From: Eledone cirrhosa
Taxonomy: Eukaryota
NCBI GenBank assembly: GCA_964016885.1
Contig: OZ024742.1
Location: forward strand, 303,862,001 to 303,926,000
DNA: 64,000 nucleotides
Direction of reading: 5' to 3'
A program made the position numbers and the translations under genes. Positions within the stretch are counted from its first letter, which is position 1; the number at the start of each line of letters is the position of its first letter. The notes beneath the pieces are model-generated. The model was given only the letters and a program-made list of their open reading frames with translations, was not told where the DNA came from and did no database searches. Shown here in pieces: positions 27,312-40,985 of the stretch.

Positions 27312-27950
27312 TAAGGCGGTGGATTGCCAGTATCGGTAGAGGGTCGGATGCCATGCTTTGCAGCATAGAGTTACGGCTTTTTATGATCTGAGCTCAAATC
27401 CCGCCGAGGTTAACTTTGCCTTTCATCCTTACGGGGTCGATAAAATAAAGTACCAGTCACGCACTGGGGTCGATTTAATCGACTTTTCCCTCCCCCCAAA
27501 TTACTGGCCTTGTGCCTATATAAGAAACCATTATTATTCACTCACTAAGGCGGTGGATTGTCAGTATCGGTAGAGGGTCGGACGCCATGCTTTGACGCAT
27601 AGAGTTACGGCCCTTGCCATTCTGAGTTCAAATCCCGCCGAGGTTAACTTTGCCTTTCATCCTTACGTGGTCGATAAAATAAAGTACCAGTAATGCACTG
27701 GTTAATTTGCTGGCCTTGTGCCAAAACTAGAAACAATTATTATTCACTCACTCTGGTGGTTTGGTGGATTGGCAGTATCGGTGGAAGGTCGGACACCATG
27801 CTTTGCAGCATAGAGTTACGCCCCTTTATGGTCTTAGTTTAAGTCCCGCCGAGGATGACTTTGCCTTTCATTCTTACGGGGTCGATAAAATTAAGCACCA
27901 GTAATGCACTAGGGTAATTGCTGGCCTTGGGCCAAAAGTAGAAACAATTA
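27312..27950 (+). mobile_element. Three tandem tRNA-derived SINEs
   Basis: Copies at about 27312-27530, 27546-27737 and 27753-27950. Each has a B-box-like GAGTTCAAATCC and the GCCTTTCATCCTTACGGGGTCGATAAAAT domain. Confidence 0.92.
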
Positions 27951-28009
27951 TTATTATTCACTCACGAATACGGAGCGGTATCCACCATGTTAGAGCCAAA
28001 AGACATTTT

Positions 28010-28157
28010 GAAGTAGATTTTGTATTGTTTATCGACATCGGAATGATGAATGCTAAGCTGACCATGGTGGGATTTGAACTCAGAACATAGAGTACTGGAA
28101 TTAATATTCTAACGCATTCTACCCGACCTTCTAAGAATTCTGCCAATCAACCACCAT
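28010..28157 (-). mobile_element. Diverged SINE of the same superfamily
   Basis: GGGATTTGAACTCAGAAC and TTCTGCCAATCAACCACC match the SINE head in reverse. Confidence 0.7.
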
Positions 28158-28319
28158 AATTAAGGTTAATTACCACAACTAGTATACTCATGTCCTTCTT
28201 TACTCGATCTGTTGTCGGTTACTTTCTTTTATATATATATATATATCAGGGCACACATACACACATGCATACACACACAAACATTCACTCCCTCACATAC
28301 GCACACCTATACGTATAAA

Positions 28320-28450
28320 CGCCAGCACGAAAACACGCGCACACATCCAAACATATACACACATATATATATATATATACAAAAACACATATATACACAT
28401 ACTCTCCACCACAAAACACGCGCACACACCCAGATAATATATACACAAAA

Positions 28451-28525
<75 letters not shown>

Positions 28526-28577
28526 CGCTTCAGCACAAAAACACGCGCGCACACACCCAGATAATATATACACAAAA

Positions 28578-28639
<62 letters not shown>

Positions 28640-28718
28640 GAAGTAATTCCGTCTGAAAAGTCCAGGAAAAAAGAGTGCTCTATGTAGGTAATAGAGCTTA
28701 ATAGTTATGTTTATTACA

Positions 28719-28761
<43 letters not shown>

Positions 28762-29020
28762 GCTTCAGCATAAAAACACGCCCGCACACACCCAGACACA
28801 TATATACACAAAATGTTATATATATATATATATACATATATACACACAGAAGCTTCAGCACAAAAACACACTCGCACACACCCAGACACATATATACACA
28901 AAAACACATATATATATATATACACATACGCTTCAGCACAAAAACACGCCCGCACACACCCAGACACATATATACACAAAAACATATATATATATATATA
29001 CATACGCTTCAGCACAGAAA
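28320..29020. repeat. Compound minisatellite with variable (TA)n spacers
   Basis: About 7 units of GCTTCAGCACAAAAACACGCCCGCACACACCCAGACACATATATACACAAAAAC. Confidence 0.9.
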
Positions 29021-29404
29021 CACTCATACATGCTTGAATATACAGAGACATAGAAACGGTCATAAACAAACATGCATACACAAACACGCACACATGCTGA
29101 GCAAAGAATTTCGCACTTTGTTTAAATTTGAACTAACGTCACCATCGTCACACTTTCTTTCACACATACACACACACTGGCACATTCACACATGTGTGGT
29201 GTATACAATATTACTTCGATATTCTACAGGCATTATCCTCTCTCTCTCTCTTTCTCGCTCTCCCTCACTCTCTCTCCTCTCTCCCTCTATCTGTCTTAAT
29301 GTCTAATCTTTTCTCTACTAGAACCTGACAACTGAATGAATGAAATACTACATTCATTAAACCCGATTCTGGCAACATTCTGACTCCCTTACGTTCACAC
29401 ACAC

Positions 29405-29521
<117 letters not shown>

Positions 29522-29595
29522 ACACACACACACACACACACAGATATATATATATATATATGAGAATAAACGTGCTGCGTGGTTGCAAATGGGTT

Positions 29596-29677
<82 letters not shown>

Positions 29678-29681
<4 letters not shown>

Positions 29682-29877
29682 AAGTATGACCCCGACGGCA
29701 GAGCTCAAGCCGTTTCAACGGCTATTTCTGGACTGAAATAGCTAGAAATAGCCGTCGAAACGGCTTGAGTTCTGCCGTCGGGGTCATACTTTTTCCTATT
29801 TCCCACTCTACTACCCTAAGTATTGAGTACTCTGGTACGTTATGGTCCAGCTGGCTCCTTACCACAATTCCTTTGTT
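29678..29877 (+). mobile_element. Hairpin element built from the 3' half of a hammerhead, plus tail
   Basis: Near-perfect inverted repeat 29678-29796. The right arm reads GCCGTC-GAAA-CGGC-TTGAGTTCT-GCCG-TC-GGGG. Flanked by (TA)n. Confidence 0.8.
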
Positions 29878-29996
29878 ATATATATATATATTGAAATAAA
29901 ATAACAAGGACGATTGGTTACTCCTTTATATATATATATACACGCTCACACGCACACACATGAATATATATATATATATATATACACACACATGCG

Positions 29997-30033
<37 letters not shown>

Positions 30034-30690
30034 ATGCGAATATATATATATATATATAAGCTACTCTCGCTCCCTGTCACCTCCACGCTCCTTCTTCATT
30101 CATCCTTATTTCACTCTTTCCTTCTCCTCTTCTTTTACTTCCCTCCAATTCTCACTCCCTCCTCTCTCTCTTTCTCTCTAAGTAAAGCTCTTCTCTTTTA
30201 ATCCTTCCCTTTCTTCACCCTTTCGATAATTTGTCTTTCTATTTCTCTCTTTCTTTCTCCCCTTTTTCTTCACACAGACACGCTATTTCTCTTTTTCTTT
30301 CTCTGACGTGACTCCCCACCCTAGAATCATTCGTCATTGTATCACTTTAACTAAAATTTCACAACTATCGTCCAACCTACCTATCCAACCCACACACAAT
30401 TATCTCTCTTCTTAATTTTCCTGTAACGCTAAGGCGCTTTCTCAAAATTTACTCTATATATCTTTCGTTTTATATAAATGCAAATGCACACAAATACACT
30501 CACATATATTTATATATATTACTCTTTCTCAATCTCTCTCTCTCTTTCATTCTTTCATTCTCCCCAACATCCCTTACATTATTCTTTCTTACTGTCCCAC
30601 ATAGCCAACTGTCTCTTTTTATAACTATCAACGCAGCCATCTCTCTGTATTCGAAAGTATCTATCTATCTATCTCTCCATCTAACTATCT

Positions 30691-30774
<84 letters not shown>

Positions 30775-30876
30775 CGATCTATCTATCTTTCTATTTCTCT
30801 GTCTATCCATCCATCCATCCATTAATCTCCATCTATCTATCCTTCTGTCTCTCTGTCTACCACCAACCCATCCATC

Positions 30877-30955
<79 letters not shown>

Positions 30956-31646
30956 CTTTCTTTCTATGTAACTCTCTATCTATCTGGCTGACTGTGTGCT
31001 TGTCTATCTGTCTGTATGTATGTGTGTATGTATGTATGTATGTATGTATGTATGTATGTATGTATGTATGTATGTATGTATGTATGTATGTATGACTGTC
31101 TGTCTGCCTACCAAGTTCGGTTCACAACTTCCTTTTAGCCCCTTTGTCTCTTCTTATCGAGGAACACTAATTAGAGAAGGGCCGATCAGTGCGCGTCCCG
31201 GAACAATCCCCACGCCACACAAGCGCCTCGACATCGCAGCAAATTGACGCCCAATTGTAATTACTCTCCTTGCTAAAACGTAGAAGCACCTGCAACCGCT
31301 GACGTCAGGAGCTCATTTCTTGCTAATGCCACATATCGCAAGTTACGTTGAACACAGAGGTCGTTGTCTACCATGACAGCTTTCAACTCTCATTTTCTTC
31401 TTTCTCACATTCCTTCCATATATCTCTTCGTCCCTCCTTCCTTTCTTTGCCATTCCTATTCTTTATTCCAAACCCCACTTCGTTGCTTTTATAACCAACT
31501 CACTCTCTTTCCTTCTTTCTTTCTATTTTTCTCTCCCTCTCACTAACTAGTCTCCCCTTTTATTACACCTACTCAATATAATTTGTATTTCTTATTTTCT
31601 CTTGCCTTCTAATCCTCACACTCTCCTTCCACCGTCTCTCTTTCTA

Positions 31647-31690
<44 letters not shown>

Positions 31691-31831
31691 TATATGCAAA
31701 GATACATGTATACATATATGCATGCCTGTATCTATATGTGCTTGTGTGTGCCGTGCATAGTTGTTTCGAAAGTATTTCGCACATGTTTTGCTTCACAGCC
31801 GCTTTCTCTTTCATAGTTTCTCAACTACTGT

Positions 31832-31882
<51 letters not shown>

Positions 31883-32039
31883 AATGCACACACTCATTTC
31901 TTTCCTACCCATCTACCTGCCCTGTGATTATGTTGTAATAATGAGGTGTGGTAAATAAATATATACATATACACCAGGTACGAATACAATGGAACCAAAC
32001 TCCCATTGCCAATGCCTCCGCTTTTCGTCTCTCCCACTC

Positions 32040-33110
32040 TCCCAATCTCTAATTATTATAAGCAAATGGGGATCCACGGGCTGGCCGCCCCGCGGCTCAT
32101 TCGGACAGAATAGAGAAGGCGGTTTCCCGGAGGATAGTGAGGGAGACGCGCTGGAAGACACACCAGCGTTGGTGGTGAGTAGAGAGGTAGTCCTAGAGCC
32201 AAGAACACCACACCAGAGGTCGCCACCGCTACGGGCTCACCCGCAAACCTGTCGGTGAGCGAGCGATATTTGGAGAGTTCGCCCTCCTTGGCTCGAAGTG
32301 CAGCAGAGCCTAGATTAGTTGCAGACTGCACCAGATTGCTGTTTGGAAATCTGTTGCTGCGTATGGCATCCCAGTTAACCACGTGGAATAGGAAGATGGT
32401 CAAGCCGTCTGGATTTTTGCCGTCCACTCTGTTCAGCCCCGCCGGCTAGAGCTTTGAGGAGAAGCCTAAGTATCCAAGCCCTGCTTTATGACCTCGTTGA
32501 GCATGGCGTGCAAGGCGGCCGGCACTGTAGCGACAGGACAGCGGGTGGAAGTAGAAAGTGCGATAGATCTACAGCGACATATGTGTGGCTCGCAGATCCG
32601 GAGGCCGAGCATCGGGGTAACCCGATTCGCAGGCTATCATTATCCAGCTGCGCAGCTGCGTGCCAGTAGAAAAGGAAGGTAAGGCATGGAGCCAGGTACC
32701 ATTGTGGGGTTGCGAGGCCGAGCACCGAGGGAAAACAAGAGAGGTGGTGCTGGTCAAGCTGGCGTGCTAGTCTGTCTGAAGCCATGTCGCACTGGATATC
32801 ATCCGATATGCTCTGGGGGGATTTGACATCTGCAGGGGGAAGAGAAGGAGGGACGTCTACTGGGCGGAATCCGAACCGGTTCCAAATCTCGCAGACGGCT
32901 TCGCGCTCCTCCATTACAGTGGGTTCTGTTGTGTTGTGAAGAACCCCGTTGATAAGGAAACGAAAGAAACACCTGCAATGCCAGCGACACCGGAGACAGG
33001 AGATCGGAGAACACGGTCACCATTTCTAGCATGTAAGGTGGCCTGTTGCCACCCAAAGTCGTCAAACCTGACGTTGCATATCTCCTCAACTGCCACTCGG
33101 ATACAACTAT
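32040..33110 (-). mobile_element. Decayed RLE-type non-LTR retrotransposon 3' region (CRE-like)
   Basis: Fragments HNGTWLHALP, LDNDSLRIG, RHAQRG, DGKNPDGLTIF, WDA, SKYRSL and PVAVATSG; GC-rich island with many frameshifts. Confidence 0.7.
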
Positions 33111-33261
33111 TGAGATCAGTGAGGAGAGACGCGTGGCTGTCAAACTATCAATTTTTTCTTGTCTGTATATTTCTGTTTCTTTAGTCATTGTCTTTCTCTC
33201 TCTCTCTCATTCTTCTTTCTCTGTACACAAACACGCCCCCCCCCCCACACACACATACATA

Positions 33262-33305
<44 letters not shown>

Positions 33306-33411
33306 CATACATATATATACTTATATAGTATTATTAGCTTTTATGTAGAACTTTTATGATCAGAACTTTGATTCTTATAACTTATATATACTTATATATA
33401 TATACTTATAT

Positions 33412-33489
<78 letters not shown>

Positions 33490-34140
33490 TATATGTATAC
33501 ACGGATGTCTGCATGTTGCACATATATAGAATCACAGACCCACAAAATTATGGATTTACGTACCAAACAAGCTAAGTGCATTGTATTTTACTAATAAGTG
33601 AATGTGCAGTAACTCAGATGATATAATGTTTTTTTTTACATAATATGCATGCGCGCACAAACATACACACTTATTTAATAAACGATGGCATATGTTGTCG
33701 TGTAATGCCGGAACTTGTACGAAGATTAAAGTAAGTTTGCTCACTTGATATGATCCACAATTTGGACAACGAAATAAGAAGATATTCCCCACATCCAAAG
33801 TGACAATGACAACATCTATGTAAAGCTAAATCATAAACTGCACCGCCCGATCAATAAAGGCAGAAACGATTACAATAGATGCTTAGTGGGTATTGAAAAT
33901 ATAAGCTAGCTGGGAATAGGTGAAGGACTCCTGAACTGTTGTCTGTGACCCAATGTAAGCCGAGCTAATCTAACTAAAGAAAGACCTAAAGGAGAAACAC
34001 TCAACAAACCAGCAAAGCCTAAGACACGGCTACTTACTCAGTAGTTAGATGATATCAGCAGTATTGAAATAGAGAAACTCCAGGACCACTTATATACATC
34101 ATATCCCAACTGGGAGGATGTACAATAGTCGTGTATGAAG

Positions 34141-34187
<47 letters not shown>

Positions 34188-34246
34188 TGTGAGATAGAGT
34201 GTGTGTGTGTGTATGCGAGAGAGTGCGCGTGTGTGTGTGAGAGAGA

Positions 34247-34286
<40 letters not shown>

Positions 34287-34341
34287 AGGAGACACAGAGA
34301 TGGCGAGAGATAGATAGATAGAAAGAGCGAGAGGTAGATAG

Positions 34342-34379
<38 letters not shown>

Positions 34380-34407
34380 CGAGAGATAGATAGATAGATA
34401 TATAAAT

Positions 34408-34441
<34 letters not shown>

Positions 34442-35223
34442 TGTGTGTGTGAGTGGGGGGGTCTGTGTGTGTGCATGCGTGTTTATGTTCATAGCAAATT
34501 CAGATATGTATATATGAGACTCGTCCAACGAATACTATATATTTGATGCGTATTACAGATTATGTCTTCGATTTCAATGTATAGTTAATATTGCGTTTGT
34601 TTAAACAATTACTGAAGTGACCTGTTGCAGAATGATATATATATGTTTGTAGTTGCTTGTCTGGCAGTTTATATTTTTTCAACACATCAGAACAGACAAA
34701 CAGACACAAAGTCGCAAACACTTATATATATAATTATATTAATTAGTAGATAGAAACACAACGATATATCGATCCTAATATGTATTTTTTCTTCTCTATT
34801 TTACTTTTTATACAATTGGAAGAGAAGGCGAAGAACAATAGAGACAAAACGGAAAAAAAGAAAAGTAGAGTAGCAATGAAATGATGATGATATAGCGCAC
34901 ATAAGTTATATCATATATCATATATTAGAATTTACGTCATTGTATGATTGTCAGTATGAACGTTTGCTGGTGCGTCTGAAAAACGAGTTTGAGTGTTGAA
35001 TGTGGTTTGAGTTGTCAATATGGTTTATATCTAGTGCAGAACCAACTCATTAATCCTGTTTAAATTAACTCTTTCAAAAACTTTGTTTCGGAAAAAATTA
35101 AACATCATAGCAAGCATTGGTGTTTATTGAAATAATTGAAATATTCGAAAGAAATGACAATGGTTGTTGAAACATTAACGATGACTAAAAGTACTCGTAT
35201 ACACACACTCACACACACACACA

Positions 35224-35255
<32 letters not shown>

Positions 35256-35443
35256 CACACTCGCACTCTCTCTGTCTCACACACACACATATATATATAT
35301 GTAAATATATATATATATTTATATATAGTTAATAAATGAAGCAAACAAAACAGAGGAGGCAATTTTACACAGTTATATCAGGTTCACTCTTGAAGGAAGT
35401 GGAGTAGGTTTCAACGAGTCGGACAGAAGTCCTTCTTCATATA

Positions 35444-35480
<37 letters not shown>

Positions 35481-35497
35481 ATATATATATATATATA

Positions 35498-35597
<100 letters not shown>

Positions 35598-35659
35598 ATA
35601 TATATAATATTATTAAAAATATTAATAAATGAGTAATATTATCATAACCCAAGTATATA

Positions 35660-35718
35660 TGTTATTATACATATTTCAAAGGTACAATGGTGTTTCAGTA
35701 CGTTTTCATCAGATAAAA
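35660..35718 (-). ncRNA. Minimal type I hammerhead ribozyme
   Basis: TTTTAT-CTGATGA-AAACGTAC...GTACCTTT-GAAA-TATGTA-TA-ATAACA. Confidence 0.8.
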
Positions 35719-35840
35719 TATATAAGAGATTAGATATACAATATACCGTAAGGTCTTGAATCTTCAATTTCTATAGTGGCACTACAGGAATTGAAGATTC
35801 ATGACCTTAGCGGTATATTGTATATCTAATCTCTTATATA

Positions 35841-35895
35841 TTTTATCTGATGAAAACGTACTGACCATTGCACATTTGAAATATGTATAATAAAA
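35841..35895 (+). ncRNA. Minimal type I hammerhead ribozyme
   Basis: TTTTAT-CTGATGA-AAACGTAC...GCACATTT-GAAA-TATGTA-TA-ATAAAA; stem II weakened. Confidence 0.75.
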
Positions 35896-37400
35896 TATAT
35901 ACTTGTGTTATGATAATATTTTGAATAATATTATATATATATAGATACTCCAGATAAATAACTGTCGAGTGCTTCTAATCTATTGTAGAATTGAATTCAT
36001 TGAATAATCAACGAACCATATAAACTTTTGGTTATATATATATATATAATAAATACATTAGACAATTATTAAAGTTGTGTTCAAATCTTTAATAGATGAC
36101 AATCATTTCTTACAAACTCTTGTTTGAAGTCATCGGAACATTATCAACGTTTCCACATATAATTAACCTCCTATTCAACTGAACAATAATATAGATACAT
36201 ATATATTGATGTTGTGAGCAACAGCTTCGTAGTTGCAGGGTGGAATGGATGTGACATATATTTTACGAGAATTGTACAATAATTGTACAAAAATTCAAAT
36301 ACAAATTCAAATCAAAAACACGGAGTGGAATACATGCAACAGATAAAACAAGAGAATAGTCCAATCATTAAAGAGGCATTGAGAGAGGAGTTTTGAGAAA
36401 GGAAGAGTACATTAACAATACATATGCAGGCGTGTGGAGAGTGCAACTGCGTTAGTCATATACATGAGAAGGAAACAAGCAAAGTTATTATGCATATATG
36501 TAAATGAATAAATACTGCACTTTAAGCAAATATGTTAATGTATTAGAATCTATGGTGGATGCTGTATGTTGATAGTGTTCGAATTTGTGTGTTGAGAAAC
36601 ATACAGTTTTTGCAGACTTTTCCATCACATATGTTGAATTACATTTTAGTTAATGTTTATATTGAATGTTTTAAGTTAGTTCGAGCAATGGATTGTAAAT
36701 TAGTCTTAATATTCATATTCATAGACAATATTTGATCAACCGGTAAATTTTCCAATCGTTAATTTCCGGAAGTGAATAAGGGGAGCTAATGCGTAAGGGG
36801 AGGTAACTAGCTAATTAAGTTCAATTCAGTTATTAAAATTCTTTGCTCTAATACACATTATAATGTGATACCATTGAATCTCTATTATACAACGGTGTAT
36901 ATTTATACTTGATTTTAAATACAGTGTATATTACTATCATACATTAAAGGTCTCTTTAGATTGTTATCTATTCATTACTGGACAAGGTATATGTTATGAA
37001 GAATTGTATAGCTGTTAATATGTCAAAATAAATATATCATATGTGTAATAATATACATTATTGTTTTGAAAGTTAATCCCTAATATACAATGCTACTACA
37101 TTTTATATTTAATTATAAATGTATATATAGTTTATTATCACATATTACATTAAATTTCTCTAGATACTAACTACCAAATATCCATTACTGTATATAATAT
37201 AATTAATCTATTGTAGTTATATCACAATGTGGTAACTCTATGTTTAATTCTAACTGTTATTGCAGAGCATAAGGTTAGAGATGAATAGGAGTTGTGTAGA
37301 GGAAAGAGTAGGTCGAAGTGTTTGTGGTTGTGGGTGCTGATAAGTCCTACATGTGAAGTGTTAATGGTGGTGGGGAATTCAAATCTGACATTGTTGTATA

Positions 37401-40035
37401 CTAACAGTTAGGTTTATAGTTATGGAACGAGAGCCGGTGCCGGTGTTGGCACGAGGAAAATGTCTCTGACTTTCTATTAAGGAGGTCTAGTTTTGGAAAG
37501 ATTATAGTATGGGTCTCCAGAATGCAAAGATTACACAATTTATTCGGTGGTTTATACGATGAGGCCCTACCTACTACTTCCCATTGCAGTGTAAATGGTC
37601 TATTCCTTGTTTTCAGAGAGTGTACGTAGCAAGATAAAGAAATGGAATTGGCTAGTTTTATGGAATTGGCTAGTTTTATGAAAGAGCGGAGGTGCGAGTT
37701 GTATCTCGTCTTGAAGCTGTTCGAAGTAGAGCCTATATATGTTTTAGAAGAGTTGTTTGCGTTGATGGTGCATGAGTAGATGATGTCTTTGGATAAGCAA
37801 TTATTACCTAAGGGGCAAGTTCTATTAGTTCTACAGTTACATTTATTCTGGATGTTAGCTTGCCGGTTACTATGTTGTGAAGAATTCTGGTTGCTAGGGA
37901 TAGTACTAGGGTAATGATATTCGTCATTCGATTTGTAATTGATTTCGTTAGTGCTATTATCATTATTACTATAATTACTACTATGGTTTATAGGTACTAA
38001 TTTTACCTCCTGTTGTTTTAATTAGTTGGAAATAATTATTAATCTTCCTTTTATTACTACTAGCTATATGGTATGCTATGTTAGGTGTGGTGGAGTACGA
38101 GATTTTAATGGTATTTCTATTGATAAGATTATGGTACTTGTGGCCGGATGGGAAGTTTTTTTCTAAGATAGAGAAGAAAGCCTTAGGAAAGTTGGTAGAG
38201 ACGTTTATATTGAAAGGGGGACTGAAGAATGTATTAGTTCTTCTATTTTTGTTTTTAGTAATGGTTTTTTTTATCTCTGTTTATATTATTATCGTGGTGT
38301 TTATTTTGTTGTGAGTTAAGTTTGGTATTAGCCTTCGTCTTAGAGTTATAGTGGCTAGTGCTTTTATTATTTTTCCTCGTGGCCATATTATGAGAGATAA
38401 TGTTGTAACTATGTGATTTTATAGGTAGGAATTCAATTCCGTTCTTGTGTCCTGATTTAGCTAGGACCTAATTATAGTATTGTGAATGATTGTTAAATGT
38501 GGTTTCATTATATGATAGATTAGGGCGGTGGATTGGCAGTATCGATAGAGGGTCGGACGCCAAGCTTTCCAGCATAGTTACGTCCCTTTACGATCTGAGT
38601 TCAAATCCCGCCGAGGTTGACTTTGCCTTTCATCCTTACGGGGTCGATAAAATAAAGTACCAGTAATTCACTGGGTAATTGCTGGCCTTGTGCCTAAAGT
38701 AGAAACAATTATATGATAGATTAGAGATTCTATTAGATATTCCTTTAGTAATAGAGTTTAATATGGATTTAGGGTGGTTAGAGTTGGTATTCAAATAAAT
38801 TAGTTTTTCGTTAGGTTTATGATAGGGTGTGTAAATCTTAGAGTCTAGGCAAAGGGTAGCATCTAGGAAGTTAACGTGTTTAGTGTTTTTATCTAGGGTG
38901 ATACTTAAGTTGAAGTTTTGAAAATTTTGTGTAATTGTTTCCTAGTTGTTTCAATATTAAATTTTTTATAGTCTATCAGGAGTAGTGCATCATCGCGGTA
39001 TAAAGCACCGCTGAGGTAGGGTAGGTTCTTATGAATTCCATTTAGTAGATATAGGCCCACCAAATCAGTGAGCTGCGCCGAGTCACTAGATCCCATAGTT
39101 ATATCGAATTTGTTATGCGTATCCTTGCGGGTCCACAATTGATCTTCAAATGTAATTATGGTTTTTCGGGCCGCAAGTATGACATCAATTTGGGATCTAG
39201 TCAGGTCCCTATTGTTCATGGCCATAATTAAAGCCTTATTTAATAGGATAGGGGAAATCGAGGTGTAGTATGAATTGATATCAACTTGAATAATTTTTTT
39301 ATTTTTACTCTCTTCAATACCCTTGAACCATTCAATAACTTCACCTGTATTTCCCCATTGGTTAAGGTATATTTTGTGCTTAAATTGTGGGATGATTCTA
39401 TCTAATATTTTCTTGCTGATAATACCAATGTCAGACTTGGAAGGGCAAATTAGTCTTATTGAAGGGTTACTAATGAAGTCCTCTTTATGGTCCTTCAGAG
39501 AGAGAGTCTAGGGGGGTTAGGGGTGTATGGCTGTGTATGTCTCTGAAGTCCTAATTTACACACTATACTACGGCCTTCTATATTTATATCTTCTAGGTTT
39601 TTAGTAGTAGTTTTCCTGTAGCTCCTATGCAGTTCCTTATATATAAATTTTCTATAAGTATCGTAATCTAAGCTATATATATATTATTAGTTTTATCTGC
39701 ATGTACTAGGATTTTTTAATTTTTATTAAATCCTTTAATAGTAGAGTTAAGTAGTTTAAGAAGGTGTTGTTTCTAACACGATGTTTTTTGTATCTTATGT
39801 TCTTAACTAGTTTAATCAGATCATTTTCAAAACAGTTTAATAATGTGTTGTGAGGAGGGCTTTTAAATGTTTTAAAGCAGTAAGTGTCGAAGTTATTAGT
39901 ATCTCTGTTATTGTCTGATCGGTTTCTATCGTAATGAAATGTACTCCATCTCACTCTATTGATAAAAGAGTTGACACTATTGATCAATAATTTTTCATAT
40001 GTATCTTTAGGTAATATAGGTATGTTCTTAGTTCA
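37401..40035 (-). pseudogene. PLE RT + GIY-YIG polyprotein, disrupted by frameshifts and a SINE
   Basis: KNIP...FINRVRW; FDITMGSSDSAQLTDLVGLYLL; LYRDDAL; CNCRTNRTCPLGNNCL; IIYSC; YIGSTSNSFKTRYNSH; CNLCILE; CQHRHR. Confidence 0.9.
38524..38707 (+). mobile_element. tRNA-derived SINE nested in the PLE, 17-bp TSD
   Basis: ATTATATGATAGATTAG at 38507-38523 and 38708-38724. Confidence 0.95.
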
Positions 40036-40940
40036 CATAGGAAGGTAATCCTTGATAAGCATACTGGTAATTTAATGTATGTTAGCTCAACCGTGTGGAG
40101 CAGTAAATAATAATAATACTATTTATAGTTATGTATATGCTATAAACAACTATAAACAGGAAAGGTCAGTAATGTTCTACTACCTTATTACCAGTAAGAG
40201 AAATGGCTCAACGTAAGAATATCAGTTGTTTTACAGAACAGGAAAATAAATAAATTAGACAATTATCAAAGTTGTGTTCAAATCATTTAATAGCCGACAA
40301 TCGTTTCTTCCAAACTCTCGTTTGAAGTCATTGGAGCATTATCAATGTTTCCACATATAATTAACCTCCTATTCAACTGAACAATAATATAGATACATAT
40401 ATATTGATGTTGTAAGCAACAGTTTCGTATTTACAGGGTGGAATAGATGTGACATATATTTTACGAGAATTGTGCAATAATTGTACAAAATTTCAAATTC
40501 AAATTCAAATTCAAATTCAAATAAAAAACACGGAGTGGAATACATGCAACAGATAAAACAAGAGAATAGTCCAATAATTAAAGAGGCATTGAGAAAGTAG
40601 TTTTGAGAAAGGAATAGTACATTAACAATATATATGCAGGCGTGTGGAGAGTGCAACTGCGTTAGTCATATACATTAGAAGGAAACAAGCAAAGTTATTA
40701 TGCATATATGTAGATTAATAAATACTGCACTTTAAGCAAATATGTTAATGTATTAGAATCTATGGTGGATGCTGTATGTTGATAGTGTTCGAATTTGTGT
40801 GTGTTGAGAAACATACAGTTTTTGCAAACTTTTCCATTACATATGTTGAATTACATTTTAGTTAATGTTTATATTGAATGTTTTAAGTTAGTTAGACCAA
40901 GTTGAATAAGAGGTTAATTATATGTGCAAACATTGATAAT

Positions 40941-40985
40941 GCTCTGATGACTTCAAACGAGAGTTTGGAAGAAACGATTGTCAGC
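40941..40985 (+). ncRNA. Minimal type I hammerhead ribozyme (inverted arm); mutated copies at about 40293-40337 and 36095-36139 on the minus strand
   Basis: GCT-CTGATGA-CTTCAAAC-GAGA-GTTTGGAA-GAAA-CGATTG-TC-AGC; GNRA loop; self-complementary stem III. Confidence 0.85.

Larger units (their letters stand above)
35635..36032 (+). mobile_element. ORF-less palindromic element (about 285 bp) with two back-to-back hammerheads and a tail
   Basis: 35635-35776 is inverted at 35782-35920 with a 5-nt loop TGGCA; the tail runs to (TA)n at about 36032. Confidence 0.88.
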
